Positions 1 through 15,000 of a DNA stretch of 64,000 bases are shown here, piece after piece. The stretch covers positions 4,402,001 to 4,466,000 of the forward strand of contig JBPQGU010000016.1 in NCBI GenBank assembly GCA_051362555.1, in the 5' to 3' direction. A model generated the notes under the pieces. That model was not told where the DNA came from and did no database searches. It saw only the letters and a list, made by a program, of their open reading frames with translations. This DNA is from Lingula anatina (taxonomy: Eukaryota > Animalia > Brachiopoda). A program made the position numbers and the translations under genes. Positions within the stretch are counted from its first letter, which is position 1; each line of letters opens with the position of its first letter.

Positions 1-3000
1 GAACACACCTACCTGACACTATAATGAAGAAAAAAAATTTTCATCCCTACCTGGCCAAAATTGAAGAAATCTCACAGTGCCGGCACTGTTCAAAATCACT
101 CAAAATCACCAAAAATCGACCCGTCTCCGATTTTTCCAAAAAGTGACGAAAATCAATCTACCACACCTGTCATTCATAAAAAATGTGGAAACGCGCCCGG
201 GTCACTTCATCAAGGCCCCCAATTCTAGCTTTAAAGATGATCCAAAAATAAGCTCTGAGAACAGAATCTGAGAGGGGGGGGGGAGACAGAGTTTTTGCTC
301 TATTTCTTCCTTAATGTTGACACCACCACTCTTCCAGCACTTTATTCTTACTACAAATGACCGAACACACCTACCTGACACTATAATGAAGAAAAAAAAT
401 TTTCATCCCTACCTGGCCAAAATTGAAGAAATCTCACAGTGCCGGCACTGTTCAAAATCACTCAAAATCACCAAAAATCGACCCGTCTCCGATTTTTCCA
501 AAAAGTGACGAAAATCAATCTACCACACCTGTCATTCATAAAAAATGTGGAAACGCACCCGGGTCACTTCATCAAGGCCCCCAATTCTAGCTTTAAAGAT
601 GATCCAAAAATAAGCTCTGAGAACAGAATCTGAGAGGGGGGGGGGAGACAGAGTTTTTGCTCTATTTCTTCCTTAATGTTGACACCACCACTCTTCCAGC
701 ACTTTATTCTTACTACAAATGACCGAACACACCTACCTGACACTATAATGAAGAAAAAAAATTTTCATCCCTACCTGGCCAAAATTGAAGAAATCTCACA
801 GTGCCGGCACTGTTCAAAATCACTCAAAATCACCAAAAATCGACCCGTCTCCGATTTTTCCAAAAAGTGACGAAAATCAATCTACCACACCTGTCATTCA
901 TAAAAAATGTGGAAACGCGCCCGGGTCACTTCATCAAGGCCCCCAATTCTAGCTTTAAAGATGATCCAAAAATAAGCTCTGAGAACAGAATCTGAGAGGG
1001 GGGGGGGGAGACAGAGTTTTTGCTCTATTTCTTCCTTAATGTTGACACCACCACTCTTCCAGCACTTTATTCTTACTACAAATGACCGAACACACCTACC
1101 TGACACTATAATGAAGAAAAAAAATTTTCATCCCTACCTGGCCAAAATTGAAGAAATCTCACAGTGCCGGCACTGTTCAAAATCACTCAAAATCACCAAA
1201 AATCGACCCGTCTCCGATTTTTCCAAAAAGTGACGAAAATCAATCTACCACACCTGTTATTCATAAAAAATGTGGAAACGCGCCCGGGTCACTTCATCAA
1301 GGCCCCCAATTCTAGCTTTAAAGATGATCCAAAAATAAGCTCTGAGAACAGAATCTGAGAGGGGGGGGGGGGGAGACAGAGTTTTTGCTCTATCTCTTCA
1401 ATAATGTTGACACCACCACTCTTCCAGCACTTTATTCTTACTACAAATGACCGAACACACCTACCTGACAGTATAATGAAGAAAAAAAATTTTCATCCCT
1501 ACCTGGCCAAAATTGAAGAAATCTCACAGTGCCGGCACTGTTCAAAATCACTCAAAATCACCAAAAATCGACCCGTCTCCGATTTTTCCAAAAAGTGACG
1601 AAAATCAATCTACCACACCTGTCATTCATAAAAAATGTGGAAACGCGCCCGGGTCACTTCATCAAGGCCCCCAATTCTAGCTTTAAAGATGATCCAAAAA
1701 TAAGCTCTGAGAACAGAATCTGAGAGGGGGGGGGGGAGACAGAGTTTTTGCTCTATTTCTTCCTTAATGTTGACACCACCACTCTTCCAGCACTTTATTC
1801 TTACTACAAATGACCGAACACACCTACCTGACACTATAATGAAGAAAAAAAATTTTCATCCCTACCTGGCCAAAATTGAAGAAATCTCACAGTGCCGGCA
1901 CTGTTCAAAATCACTCAAAATCACCAAAAATCGACCCGTCTCCGATTTTTCCAAAAAGTGACGAAAATCAATCTACCACACCTGTCATTCATAAAAAATG
2001 TGGAAACGCGCCCGGGTCACTTCATCAAGGCCCCCAATTCTAGCTTTAAAGATGATCCAAAAATAAGCTCTGAGAACAGAATCTGAGAGGGGGGGGGGGG
2101 GGGGGAGACAGAGTTTTTGCTCTATTTCTTCCTTAATGTTGATACCACCACTCTTCCAGCACTTTATTCTTACTACAAATGACCGAACACACCTACCTGA
2201 CACTATAATGAAGAAAAAAAATTTTCATCCCTACCTGGCCAAAATTGAAGAAATCTCACAGTGCCGGCACTGTTCAAAATCACTCAAAATCACCAAAAAT
2301 CGACCCGTCTCCGATTTTTCCAAAAAGTGACGAAAATCAATCTACCACACCTGTCATTCATAAAAAATGTGGAAACGCGCCCGGGTCACTTCATCAAGGC
2401 CCCCAATTCTAGCTTTAAAGATGATCCAAAAATAAGCTCTGAGAACAGAATCTGAGAGGGGGGGGGGGGAGACAGAGTTTTTGCTCTATTTCTTCCTTTA
2501 TGTTGACACCACCACTCTTCCAGCACTTTATTCTTACTACAAATGACCGAACACACCTACCTGACAGTATAATGAAGAAAAAAAATTTTCATCCCTACCT
2601 GGCCAAAATTGAAGAAATCTCACAGTGCCGGCACTGTTCAAAATCACTCAAAATCACCAAAAATCGAACCGTCTCCGATTTTTCCAAAAAGTGACGAAAA
2701 TCAATCTACCACACCTGTCATTCATAAAAAATGTGGAAACGCGCCCAGGTCACTTCATCAAGGCCCCCAATTCTAGCTTTAAAGATGATCCAAAAATAAG
2801 CTCTGAGAACAGAATCTGAGAGGGGGGGGGGGAGACAGAGTTTTTGCTCTATTTCTTCCTTAATGTTGACACCACCACTCTTCCAGCACTTTATTCTTAC
2901 TACAAATGACTGAACACACCTACCTGACACTATAATGAAGAAAAAAAATTTTCATCCCTACCTGGCCAAAATTGAAGAAATCTCACAGTGCCGGCACTGT

Positions 3001-6000
3001 TCAAAATCACTCAAAATCACCAAAAATCGACCCGTCTCCGATTTTTCCAAAAAGTGACGAAAATCAATCTACCACACCTGTCATTCATAAAAAATGTGGA
3101 AACGCGCCCGGGTCACTTCATCAAGGCCCCCAATTCTAGCTTTAAAGATGATCCAAAAATAAGCTCTGAGAACAGAATCTGAGAGGGGGGGGGAGACAGA
3201 GTTTTTGCTCTATTTCTTCCTTAATGTTGACACCACCACTCTTCTAGCACTTTATTCTTACTACAAATGACCGAACACACCTACCTGACACTATAATGAA
3301 GAAAAAAAATTTACATCCCTACCTGGCCAAAATTGAAGAAATCTCACAGTGCCGGCACTGTTCAAAATCACTCAAAATCACCAAAAATCGACCCGTCTCC
3401 GATTTTTCCAAAAAGTGACGAAAATCAATCTACCACACCTGTCATTCATAAAAAATGTGGAAACGCGCCCGGGTCACTTCATCAAGGCCCCCAATTCTAG
3501 CTTTAAAGATGATCCAAAAATAAGCTCTGAGAACAGAATCTGAGAGGGGGGGGTGGAGACAGAGATTTTGCTCTATTTCTTCCTTAATGTTGACACCACC
3601 ACTCTTCCAGCACTTTATTCTTACTACAAATGACCGAACACACCTACCTGACACTATAATGAAGAAAAAAAATTTTCATCCCTACCTGGCCAAAATTGAA
3701 GAAATCTCACAGTGCCGGCACTGTTCAAAATCACTCAAAATCACCAAAAATCGACCCGTCTCCGATTTTTCCAAAAAGTGACGAAAATCAATCTACCACA
3801 CCTGTCATTCATAAAAAATGTGGAAACGCGCCCGGGTCACTTCATCAAGGCCCCCAATTCTAGCTTTAAAGATGATCCAAAAATAAGCTCTGAGAACAGA
3901 ATCTGAGAGGGGGGGGTGGAGACAGAGTTTTTGCTCTATTTCTTCCTTAATGTTGACACCACCACTCTTCCAGCACTTTATTCTTACTACAAATGACCGA
4001 ACACACCTACCTGACACTATAATGAAGAAAAAAAATTTTCATCCCTACCTGGCCAAAATTGAAGAAATCTCACATTGCCGGCACTGTTCAAAATCACTCA
4101 AAATCACCAAAAATCGACCCGCGCCGATTTTTCCAAAAAGTGACGAAAATCAATCTACCACACCTGTCATTCATAAAAAATGTGGAAACGCGCCCGGGTC
4201 ACTTCATCAAGGCCCCCAATTCTAGCTTTAAAGATGATCCAAAAATAAGCTCTGAGAACAGAATCTGAGAGGGGGGGGGGGAGACAGAGTTTTTGCTCTA
4301 TTTCTTCCTTAATGTTGACACCACCACTCTTCCAGCACTTTATTCTTACTACAAATGACCGAACACACCTACCTGACACTATAATGAAGAAAAAAAATTT
4401 TCATCCCTACCTGGCCAAAATTGAAGAAATCTCACAGTGCCGGCACTGTTCAAAATCACTCAAAATCACCAAAAATTGACCCGTCTCCGATTTTTCCAAA
4501 AAGTGACGAAAATCAATCTACCACACCTGTCATTCATAAAAAATGTGGAAACGCGCCCGGGTCACTTCATCAAGGCCCCCAATTCTAGCTTTAAAGATGA
4601 TCCAAAAATAAGCTCTGAGAACAGAATCTGAGAGGGGGGGGGAGACAGAGTTTTTGCTCTATTTCTTCCTTAATGTTGACACCACCACTCTTCCAGCACT
4701 TTATTCTTACTACAAATGACCGAACACACCTACCTGACACTATAATGAAGAAAAAAAATTTTCATCCCTACCTGGCCAAAATTGAAAAAATCTCACAGTG
4801 CCGGCACTGTTCAAAATCACTCAAAATCACCAAAAATCGACCCGTCTCCGATTTTTCCAAAAAGTGACGAAAATCAATCTACCACACCTGTCATTCATAA
4901 AAAATGTGGAAACGCGCCCGGGTCAATTCATCAAGGCCCCCAATTCTAGCTTTAAAGATGATCCAAAAATAAGCTCTGAGAACAGAATCTGAGAGGGGGG
5001 GGGAGACAGAGTTTTTGCTCTATTTCTTCCTTAATGTTGACACCACCACTCTTCCAGCACTTTATTCTTACTACAAATGACCGAACACACCTACCTGACA
5101 CTATAATGAAGAAAAAAAATTTTCATCCCTACCTGGCCAAAATTGAAGAAATTTCACAGTGCCGGCACTGTTCAAAATCACTCAAAATCACCAAAAATCG
5201 ACCCGTCTCCGATTTTTCCAAAAAGTGACGAAAATCAATCTACCACACCTGTCATTCATAAAAAATGTGGAAACGCGCCCGGGTCACTTCATCAAGGCCC
5301 CCAATTCTAGCTTTAAAGATGATCCGAAAATAAGCTCTGAGAACAGAATCTGAGAGGGGGGGGGGGAGACAGAGTTTTTGCTCTATTTCTTCCTTAATGT
5401 TGACACCACCACTCTTCCAGCACTTTATTCTTACTACAAATGACCGAACACACCTACCTGACACTATAATGAAGAAAAAAAATTTTCATCCCTACCTGGC
5501 CAAAATTGAAGAAATCTCACAGTGCCGGCACTGTGCAAAATCACTCAAAATCACCAAAAAATCGACCCGTCTCCGATTTTTCCAAAAAGTGACGAAAATC
5601 AATCTACCACACCTGTCATTCATAAAAAATGTGGAAACGCGCCCGGGTCACTTCATCAAGGCCCCCAATTCTAGCTTTAAAGATGATCCAAAAATAAGCT
5701 CTGAGAACAGAATCTGAGAGGTGGGGGGGGGAGACAGAGTTTTTGCTCTATTTCTTCCTTAATGTTGACACCACCACTCTTCCAGCACTTTATTCTTACT
5801 ACAAATGACCGAACACACCTACCTGACACTATAATGAAGAAAAAAAATTTTCATCCCTACCTGGCCAAAATTGAAGAAATCTCACAGTGACGGCACTGTT
5901 CAAAATCACTCAAAATCACCAAAAATCGACCCGTCTCCGATTTTTCCAAAAAGTGACGAAAATCAATCTACCACACCTGTCATTCATAAAAAATGTGGAA

Positions 6001-9000
6001 ACGCGCCCGGGTCACTTCATCAAGGCCCCCAATTCTAGCTTTAAAGATGATCCAAAAATAAGCTCTGAGAACAGAATCTGAGAGGGGGGGAGACAGAGTT
6101 TTTGCTCTATTTCTTCCTTAATGTTGACACCACCACTCTTCCAGCACTTTATTCTTACTACAAATGACCGAACACACCTACCTGACACTATAATGAAGAA
6201 AAAAAATTTTCATCCCTACCTGGCCAAAATTGAAGAAATCTCACAGTGCCGGCACTGTTCAAAATCACTCAAAATCACCAAAAATCGACCCGTCTCCGAT
6301 TTTTCCAAAAAGTGACGAAAATCAATCTACCACACCTGTCATTCATAAAAAATGTGGAAACGCGCCCGGGTCACTTCATCAAGGCCCCCAATTCTAGCTT
6401 TAAAGATGATCCAAAAATAAGCTCTGAGAACAGAATCTGAGAGGGGGGGGGGGGGGAGACAGAGTTTTTGCTCTATTTCTTCCTTAATGTTGACACCACC
6501 ACTCTTCCAGCACTTTATTCTTACTACAAATGACCGAACACACCTACCTGACACTATAATGAAGAAAAAAAATTTTCATCCCTACCTGGCCAAAATTGAA
6601 GAAATCTCACAGTGCCGGCACTGTTCAAAATCACTCAAAATCACCAAAAATCGACCCGTCTCCGATTTTTCCAAAAAGTGACGAAAATCAATCTACCACA
6701 CCTGTCATTCATAAAAAATGTGGAAACGCGCCCGGGTCACTTCATCAAGGCCCCCAATTCTAGCTTTAAAGATGATCCAAAAATAAGCTCTGAGAACAGA
6801 ATCTGAGAGGGGGGGGGGGAGACAGAGTTTTTGCTCTATTTCTTCCTTAATGTTGACACCACCACTCTTCCAGCACTTTATTCTTACTACAAATGACCGA
6901 ACACACCTACCTGACACTATAATGAAGAAAAAAAATTTTCATCCCTACCTGGCCAAAATTGAAGAAATCTCACAGTGCCGGCACTGTTCAAAATCACTCA
7001 AAATCACCAAAAATCGACCCGTCTCCGATTTTTCCAAAAAGTGACGAAAATCAATCTACCACACCTGTTATTCATAAAAAATGTGGAAACGCGCCCGGGT
7101 CACTTCATCAAGGCCCCCAATTCTAGCTTTAAAGATGATCCAAAAATAAGCTCTGAGAACAGAATCTGAGAGGGGGGGGGGGGAGACAGAGTTTTTGCTC
7201 TATCTCTTCAATAATGTTGACACCACCACTCTTCCAGCACTTTATTCTTACTACAAATGACCGAACACACCTACCTGACAGTATAATGAAGAAAAAAAAT
7301 TTTCATCCCTACCTGGCCAAAATTGAAGAAATCTCACAGTGCCGGCACTGTTCAAAATCACTCAAAATCACCAAAAATCGACCCGTCTCCGATTTTTCCA
7401 AAAAGTGACGAAAATCAATCTACCACACCTGTCATTCATAAAAAATGTGGAAACGCGCCCGGGTCACTTCATCAAGGCCCCCAATTCTTGCTTTAAAGAT
7501 GATCCAAAAATAAGCTCTGAGAACAGAATCTGAGAGGGGGGGGAGACAGAGTTTTTGCTCTATTTCTTCCTTAATGTTGACACCACCACTCTTCCAGCAC
7601 TTTATTCTTACTACAAATAACCGAAAACACCTACCTGACACTATAATGAAGAAAAAAAATTTTCATCCCTACCTGGCCAAAATTGAAGAAATCTCACAGT
7701 GCCGGCACTGTTCAAAATCACTCAAAATCACCAAAAATCGACCCGTCTCCGATTTTTCCAAAAAGTGACGAAAATCAATCTACCACACCTGTCATTCATA
7801 AAAAATGTGGAAACGCGCCCGGGTCACTTCATCAAGGCCCCCAATTCTAGCTTTAAAGATGATCCAAAAATAAGCTCTGAGAACAGAATCTGAGAGGGGG
7901 GGGGGAGACAGAGTTTTTGCTCTATTTCTTCCTTAATGTTGACACCACCACTCTTCCAGCACTTTATTCTTACTACAAATGACCGAACACACCTACCTGA
8001 CACTATAATGAAGAAAAAAAATTTTCATCCCTACCTGGCCAAAATTGAAGAAATCTCACAGTGCCGGCACTGTTCAAAATCACTCAAAATCACCAAAAAT
8101 CGACCCGTCTCCGATTTTTCCAAAAAGTGACGAAAATCAATCTACCACACCTGTCATTCATAAAAAATGTGGAAACGCGCCCAGGTCACTTCATCAAGGC
8201 CCCCAATTCTAGCTTTAAAGATGATCCAAAAATAAGCTCTGAGAACAGAATCTGAGAGGGGGGGGGAGACAGAGTTTTTGCTCTATTTCTTCCTTAATGT
8301 TGACACCACCACTCTTCCAGCACTTTATTCTTACTACAAATGACTGAACACACCTACCTGACACTATAATGAAGAAAAAAAATTTTCATCCCTACCTGGC
8401 CAAAATTGAAGAAATCTCAAAGTGCCGGCACTGTTCAAAATCACTCAAAATCACGAAAAATCGACCCGTCTCCGATTTTTCCAAAAAGTGACGAAAATCA
8501 ATCTACCACACCTGTCATTCATAAAAAATGTGGAAACGCGCCCAGGTCACTTCATCAAGGCCCCCAATTCTAGCTTTAAAGATGATCCAAAAATAAGCTC
8601 TGAGAACAGAATCTGAGAGTTGGGGGGGAGACAGAGTTTTTGCTCTATTTCTTCCTTAATGTTGACACCACCACTCTTCCAGCACTTTATTCTTACTACA
8701 AATGACCGAACACACCTACCTGACACTATAATGAAGAAAAAAATTTTCATCCCTACCTGGCCAAAATTGAAGAAATCTCACAGTGCCGGCACTGTTCAAA
8801 ATCACTCAAAATCACCAAAAATCGACCCGTCTCCGATTTTTCCAAAAAGTGACGAAAATCAATCTACCACACCTGTCATTCATAAAAAATGTGGAAACGC
8901 GCCCGGGTCACTTCATCAAGGCCCCCAATTCTTGCTTTAAAGATGATCCAAAAATAAGCTCTGAGAACAGAATCTGAGAGGGGGGGGAGACAGAGTTTTT

Positions 9001-12000
9001 GCTCTATTTCTTCCTTAATGTTGACACCACCACTCTTCCAGCACTTTATTCTTACTACAAATAACCGAAAACACCTACCTGACACTATAATGAAGAAAAA
9101 AAATTTTCATCCCTACCTGGCCAAAATTGAAGAAATCTCACAGTGCCGGCACTGTTCAAAATCACTCAAAATCACCAAAAATCGACCCGTCTCCGATTTT
9201 TCCAAAAAGTGACGAAAATCAATCTACCACACCTGTCATTCATAAAAAATGTGGAAACGCGCCCGGGTCACTTCATCAAGGCCCCCAATTCTAGCTTTAA
9301 AGATGATCCAAAAATAAGCTCTGAGAACAGAATCTGAGAGGGGGGGGGGGAGACAGAGTTTTTGCTCTATTTCTTCCTTAATGTTGACACCACCACTCTT
9401 CCAGCACTTTATTCTTACTACAAATGACCGAACATACCTACCTGACACTATAATGAAGAAAAACATTTTTCATCCCTACCTGGCCAAAATTGAAGAAATC
9501 TCACAGTGCCGGCACTGTTCAAAATCACTCAAAATCACCAAAAATCGACCTGTCTCCGATTTTTCCAAAAAGTGACGAAAATCAATCTACCACACCTGTC
9601 ATTCATAAAAAATGTGGAAACGCGCCCGGGTCACTTCATCAAGGCCCCCAATTCTAGCTTTAAAGATGATCCAAAAATAAGCTCTGAGAACAGAATCTGA
9701 GAGGGGGGGGAGACAGAGTTTTTGCTCTATTTCTTCCTTAATGTTGACACCACCACTCTTCCAGCACTTTATTCTTACTACAAATGACCAAACACACCTA
9801 CCTGACACTATAATGAAGAAAAAAAATTTTCATCCCTACCTGGCCAAAATTGAAGAAATCTCACAGTGCCGGCACTGTTCAAAATCACTCAAAATCACCA
9901 AAAATCGACCCGTCTCCGATTTTTCCAAAAAGTGACGAAAATCAATCTACCACACCTGTCATTCATAAAAATGTGGAAACGCGCCCGGGTCACTTCATCA
10001 AGGCCCCCAATTCTAGCTTTAAAGATGATCCAAAAATAAGCTCTGAGAACAGAATCTGAGAGGGGGGGGAGACAGAGTTTTTCCTCTATTTCTTCCTTAA
10101 TGTTGACACCACCACTCTTCCAGCACTTTATTCTTACTACAAATGACCGAACACACCTACCTGACACTATAATGAAGAAAAAAAATTTTCATCCCTACCT
10201 GGCCAAAATTGAAGAAATCTCACAGTGCCGGCACTGTTCAAAATCACTCAAAATCACCAAAAATCGACCCGTCTCCGATTTTTCCAAAAAGTGACGAAAA
10301 TCAATCTACCACACCTGTCATTCATAAAAAATGTGGAAACGCGCCCGGGTCACTTCATCAAGGCCCCCAATTCTAGCTTTAAAGATGATCCAAAAATAAG
10401 CTCTGAGAACAGAATCTGAGAGTTGGGGGGGAGACAGAGTTTTTGCTCTATTTCTTCCTTAATGTTGACACCACCACTCTTCCAGCACTTTATTCTTACT
10501 ACAAATGACCGAACACATCTACCTGACACTATAATGAAGAAAAAAAATTTTCATCCCTACCTGGCCAAAATTGAAGAAATCTCACAGTGCCGGCACTGTT
10601 CAAAATCACTCAAAATCACCAAAAATCAACCCGTCTCCGATTTTTCCAAAAAGTGACGAAAATCAATCTACCACACCTGTCATTCATAAAAAATGTGGAA
10701 ACGCGCCCGGGTCACTTCATCAAGGCCCCCAATTCTAGCTTTAAAGATGATCCAAAAATAAGCTCTGAGAACAGAATCTGAGAGGGGGGGGGGGGAGACA
10801 GAGTTTTTGCTCTATTTCTTCCTTAATGTTGACACCACCACTCTTCCAGCACTTTATTCTTACTACAAATGACCGAACACATCTACCTGACACTATAATG
10901 AAGAAAAAAAATTTTCATCCCTACCTGGCCAAAATTGAAGAAATCTCACAGTGCCGGCACTGTTCAAAATCACTCAAAATCACCAAAAATCGACCCGTCT
11001 CCGATTTTTCCAAAAAGTGACGAAAATCAATCTACCACACCTGTCATTCATAAAAAATGTGGAAACGCGCCCGGGTCACTTCATCAAGGCCCCCAATTCT
11101 AGCTTTAAAGATGATCCAAAAATAAGCTCTGAGAACAGAATCTGAGAGGGGGGGGAGACAGAGTTTTTGCTCTATTTCTTCCTTAATGTTGACACCACCA
11201 CTCTTCCAGCACTTTATTCTTACTACAAATGACCGAACACACCTACCTGACACTATAATGAAGAAAAAAAATTTTCATCCCTACCTGGCCAAAATTGAAG
11301 AAATCTCACAGTGCCGGCACTGTTCAAAATCACTCAAAATCACCAAAAATCGACCCGTCTCCGATTTTTCCAAAAAGTGACGAAAATCAATCTACCACAC
11401 CTGTCATTCATAAAAAAATGTGGAAACGCGCCCAGGTCACTTCATCAAGGCCCCCAATTCTAGCTTTAAATATGATCCAAAAATAAGCTCTGAGAACAGA
11501 ATCTGAGAGGGGGGGGGAGACAGAGTTTTTGCTCTATTTCTTCCTTAATGTTGACACCACCACTCTTCCAGCACTTTATTCTTACTACAAATGACCGAAC
11601 ACATCTACCTGACACTATAATGAAGAAAAAAAATTTTCATCCCTACCTGGCCAAAATTGAAGAAATCTCACAGTGCCGGCACTGTTCAAAATCACTCAAA
11701 ATCACCAAAAATCGACCCGTCTCCGATTTTTCCAAAAAGTGACGAAAATCAATCTACCACACCTGTCATTCATAAAAAATGTGGAAACGCGCCCGGGTCA
11801 CTTCATCAAGGCCCCCAATTCTAGCTTTAAAGATGATCCAAAAATAAGCTCTGAGAACAGAATCTGAGAGGGGGGGGAGACAGAGTTTTTGCTCTATTTC
11901 TTCCTTAATGTTGACACCACCACTCTTCCAGCACTTTATTCTTACTACAAATGACCGAACACATCTACCTGACACTATAATGAAGAAAAAAAATTTTCAT

Positions 12001-15000
12001 CCCTACCTGGCCAAAATTGAAGAAATCTCATAGTGCCGGCACTGTTCAAAATCACTCAAAATCACCAAAAATCGACCCGTCTCCGATTTTTCCAAAAAGT
12101 GACGAAAATCAATCTACCACACCTGTCATTCATAAAAAATGTGGAAACGCGCCCGGGTCACTTCATCAAGGCCCCCAATTCTAGCTTTAAAGATGATCCA
12201 AAAATAAGCTCTGAGAACAGAATCTGAGAGGGGGGGGTGGAGACAGAGTTTTTGCTCTATTTCTTCCTTAATGTTGACACCACCACTCTTCCAGCACTTT
12301 ATTCTTACTACAAATGACCGAACACACCTACCTGACACTATAATGAAGAAAAAAAATTTTCATCCCTACCTGGCCAAAATTGAAGAAATCTCACAGTGCC
12401 GGCACTGTTCAAAATCACTCAAAATCACCAAAAATCGACCCGTCTCCGATTTTTCCAAAAAGTGACGAAAATCAATCTACCACACCTGTCATTCATAAAA
12501 AATGTGGAAACGCGCCCGGGTCACTTCATCAAGGCCCCCAATTCTAGCTTTAAAGATGATCCAAAAATAAGCTCTGAGAACAGAATCTGAGAGGGGGGGG
12601 GGGGGAGACAGAGTTTTTGCTCTATTTCTTCCTTAATGTTGACACCACCACTCTTCCAGCACTTTATTCTTACTACAAATGACCGAACACATCTACCTGA
12701 CACTATAATGAAGAAAAAAAATTTTCTTCCCTACCTGGCCAAAATTGAAGAAATCTCACAGTGCCGGCACTGTTCAAAATCACTCAAAATCACCAAAAAT
12801 CGACCCGTCTCCGATTTTTCCAAAAAGTGACGAAAATCAATCTACCACACCTGTCATTCATAAAAAATGTGGAAACGCGCCCGGGTCACTTCATCAAGGC
12901 CCCCAATTCTAGCTTTAAAGATGATCCAAAAATAAGCTCTGAGAACAGAATCTGAGAGGGGGGGGGGGGAGACAGAGTTTTTGCTCTATTTCTTCCTTAA
13001 TGTTGACACCACCACTCTTCCAGCACTTTATTCTTACTACAAATGACCGAACACATCTACCTGACACTATAATGAAGAAAAAAAATTTTCATCCCTACCT
13101 GGCCAAAATTGAAGAAATCTCACAGTGCCGGCACTGTTCAAAATCATTCAAAATCACCAAAAATCGACCCGTCTCCGATTTTTCCAAAAAGTGACGAAAA
13201 TCAATCTACCACACCTGTCATTCATAAAAAATGTGGAAACGCGCCCGGGTCACTTCATCAAGGCCCCCAATTCTAGCTTTAAAGATGATCCAAAAATAAG
13301 CTCTGAGAACAGAATTTGAGAGGGGGGGGAGACAGAGTTTTTGCTCTATTTCTTCCTTAATGTTGACACCACCACTCTTCCAGCACTTTATTCTTACTAC
13401 AAATGACCGAACACACCTACCTGACACTATAATGAAGAAAAAAAATTTTCATCCCTACCTGGCCAAAATTGAAGAAATCTCACAGTGCCGGCACTGTTCA
13501 AAATCACTCAAAATCACCAAAAATCGACCCGTCTCCGATTTTTCCAAAAAGTGACGAAAATCAATCTACCACACCTGTCATTCATAAAAAAATGTGGAAA
13601 CGCGCCCAGGTCACTTCATCAAGGCCCCCAATTCTAGCTTTAAAGATGATCCAAAAATAAGCTCTGAGAACAGAATCTGAGAGGGGGGGGGAGACAGAGT
13701 TTTTGCTCTATTTCTTCCTTAATGTTGACACCACCACTCTTCCAGCACTTTATTCTTACTACAAATGACCGAACACATCTACCTGACACTATAATGAAGA
13801 AAAAAAATTTTCATCCCTACCTGGCCAAAATTGAAGAAATCTCACAGTGCCGGCACTGTTCAAAATCACTCAAAATCACCAAAAATCGACCCGTCTCCGA
13901 TTTTTCCAAAAAGTGACGAAAATCAATCTACCACACCTGTCATTCATAAAAAATGTGGAAACGCGCCCGGGTCACTTCATCAAGGCCCCCAATTCTAGCT
14001 TTAAAGATGATCCAAAAATAAGCTCTGAGAACAGAATCTGAGAGGGGGGGGAGACAGAGTTTTTGCTCTATTTCTTCCTTAATGTTGACACCACCACTCT
14101 TCCAGCACTTTATTCTTACTACAAATGACCGAACACATCTACCTGACACTATAATGAAGAAAAAAAATTTTCATCCCTACCTGGCCAAAATTGAAGAAAT
14201 CTTATAGTGCCGGCACTGTTCAAAATCACTCAAAATCACCAAAAATCGACCCGTCTCCGATTTTTCCAAAAAGTGACGAAAATCAATCTACCACACCTGT
14301 CATTCATAAAAAATGTGGAAACGCGCCCGGGTCACTTCATCAAGGCCCCCAATTCTAGCTTTAAAGATGATCCAAAAATAAGCTCTGAGAACAGAATCTG
14401 AGAGGGGGGGGTGGAGACAGAGTTTTTGCTCTATTTCTTCCTTAATGTTGACACCACCACTCTTCCAGCACTTTATTCTTACTACAAATGACCGAACACA
14501 CCTACCTGACACTATAATGAAGAAAAAAAATTTTCATCCCTACCTGGCCAAAATTGAAGAAATCTCACAGTGCCGGCACTGTTCAAAATCACTCAAAATC
14601 ACCAAAAATCGACCCGTCTCCGATTTTTCCAAAAAGTGACGAAAATCAATCTACCACACCTGTCATTCATAAAAAATGTGGAAACGCGCCCGGGTCACTT
14701 CATCAAGGCCCCCAATTCTAGCTTTAAAGATGATCCAAAAATAAGCTCTGAGAACAGAATCTGAGAGGGGGGGGGGGGGAGACAGAGTTTTTGCTCTATT
14801 TCTTCCTTAATGTTGACACCACCACTCTTCCAGCACTTTATTCTTACTACAAATGACCGAACACATCTACCTGACACTATAATGAAGAAAAAAAATTTTC
14901 TTCCCTACCTGGCCAAAATTGAAGAAATCTCACAGTGCCGGCACTGTTCAAAATCACTCAAAATCACCAAAAATCGACCCGTCTCCGATTTTTCCAAAAA

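Noticed and set aside
1-362. 5S rRNA, tRNA or snRNA tandem gene unit
   Set aside because: I could not recognise 5S, tRNA cloverleaf or snRNA sequence in the monomer. An Infernal/Rfam scan would settle it.
1-362. CENP-B box in the monomer
   Set aside because: Neither TTCG on the minus strand is followed by the NNNNANNCGGG pattern.
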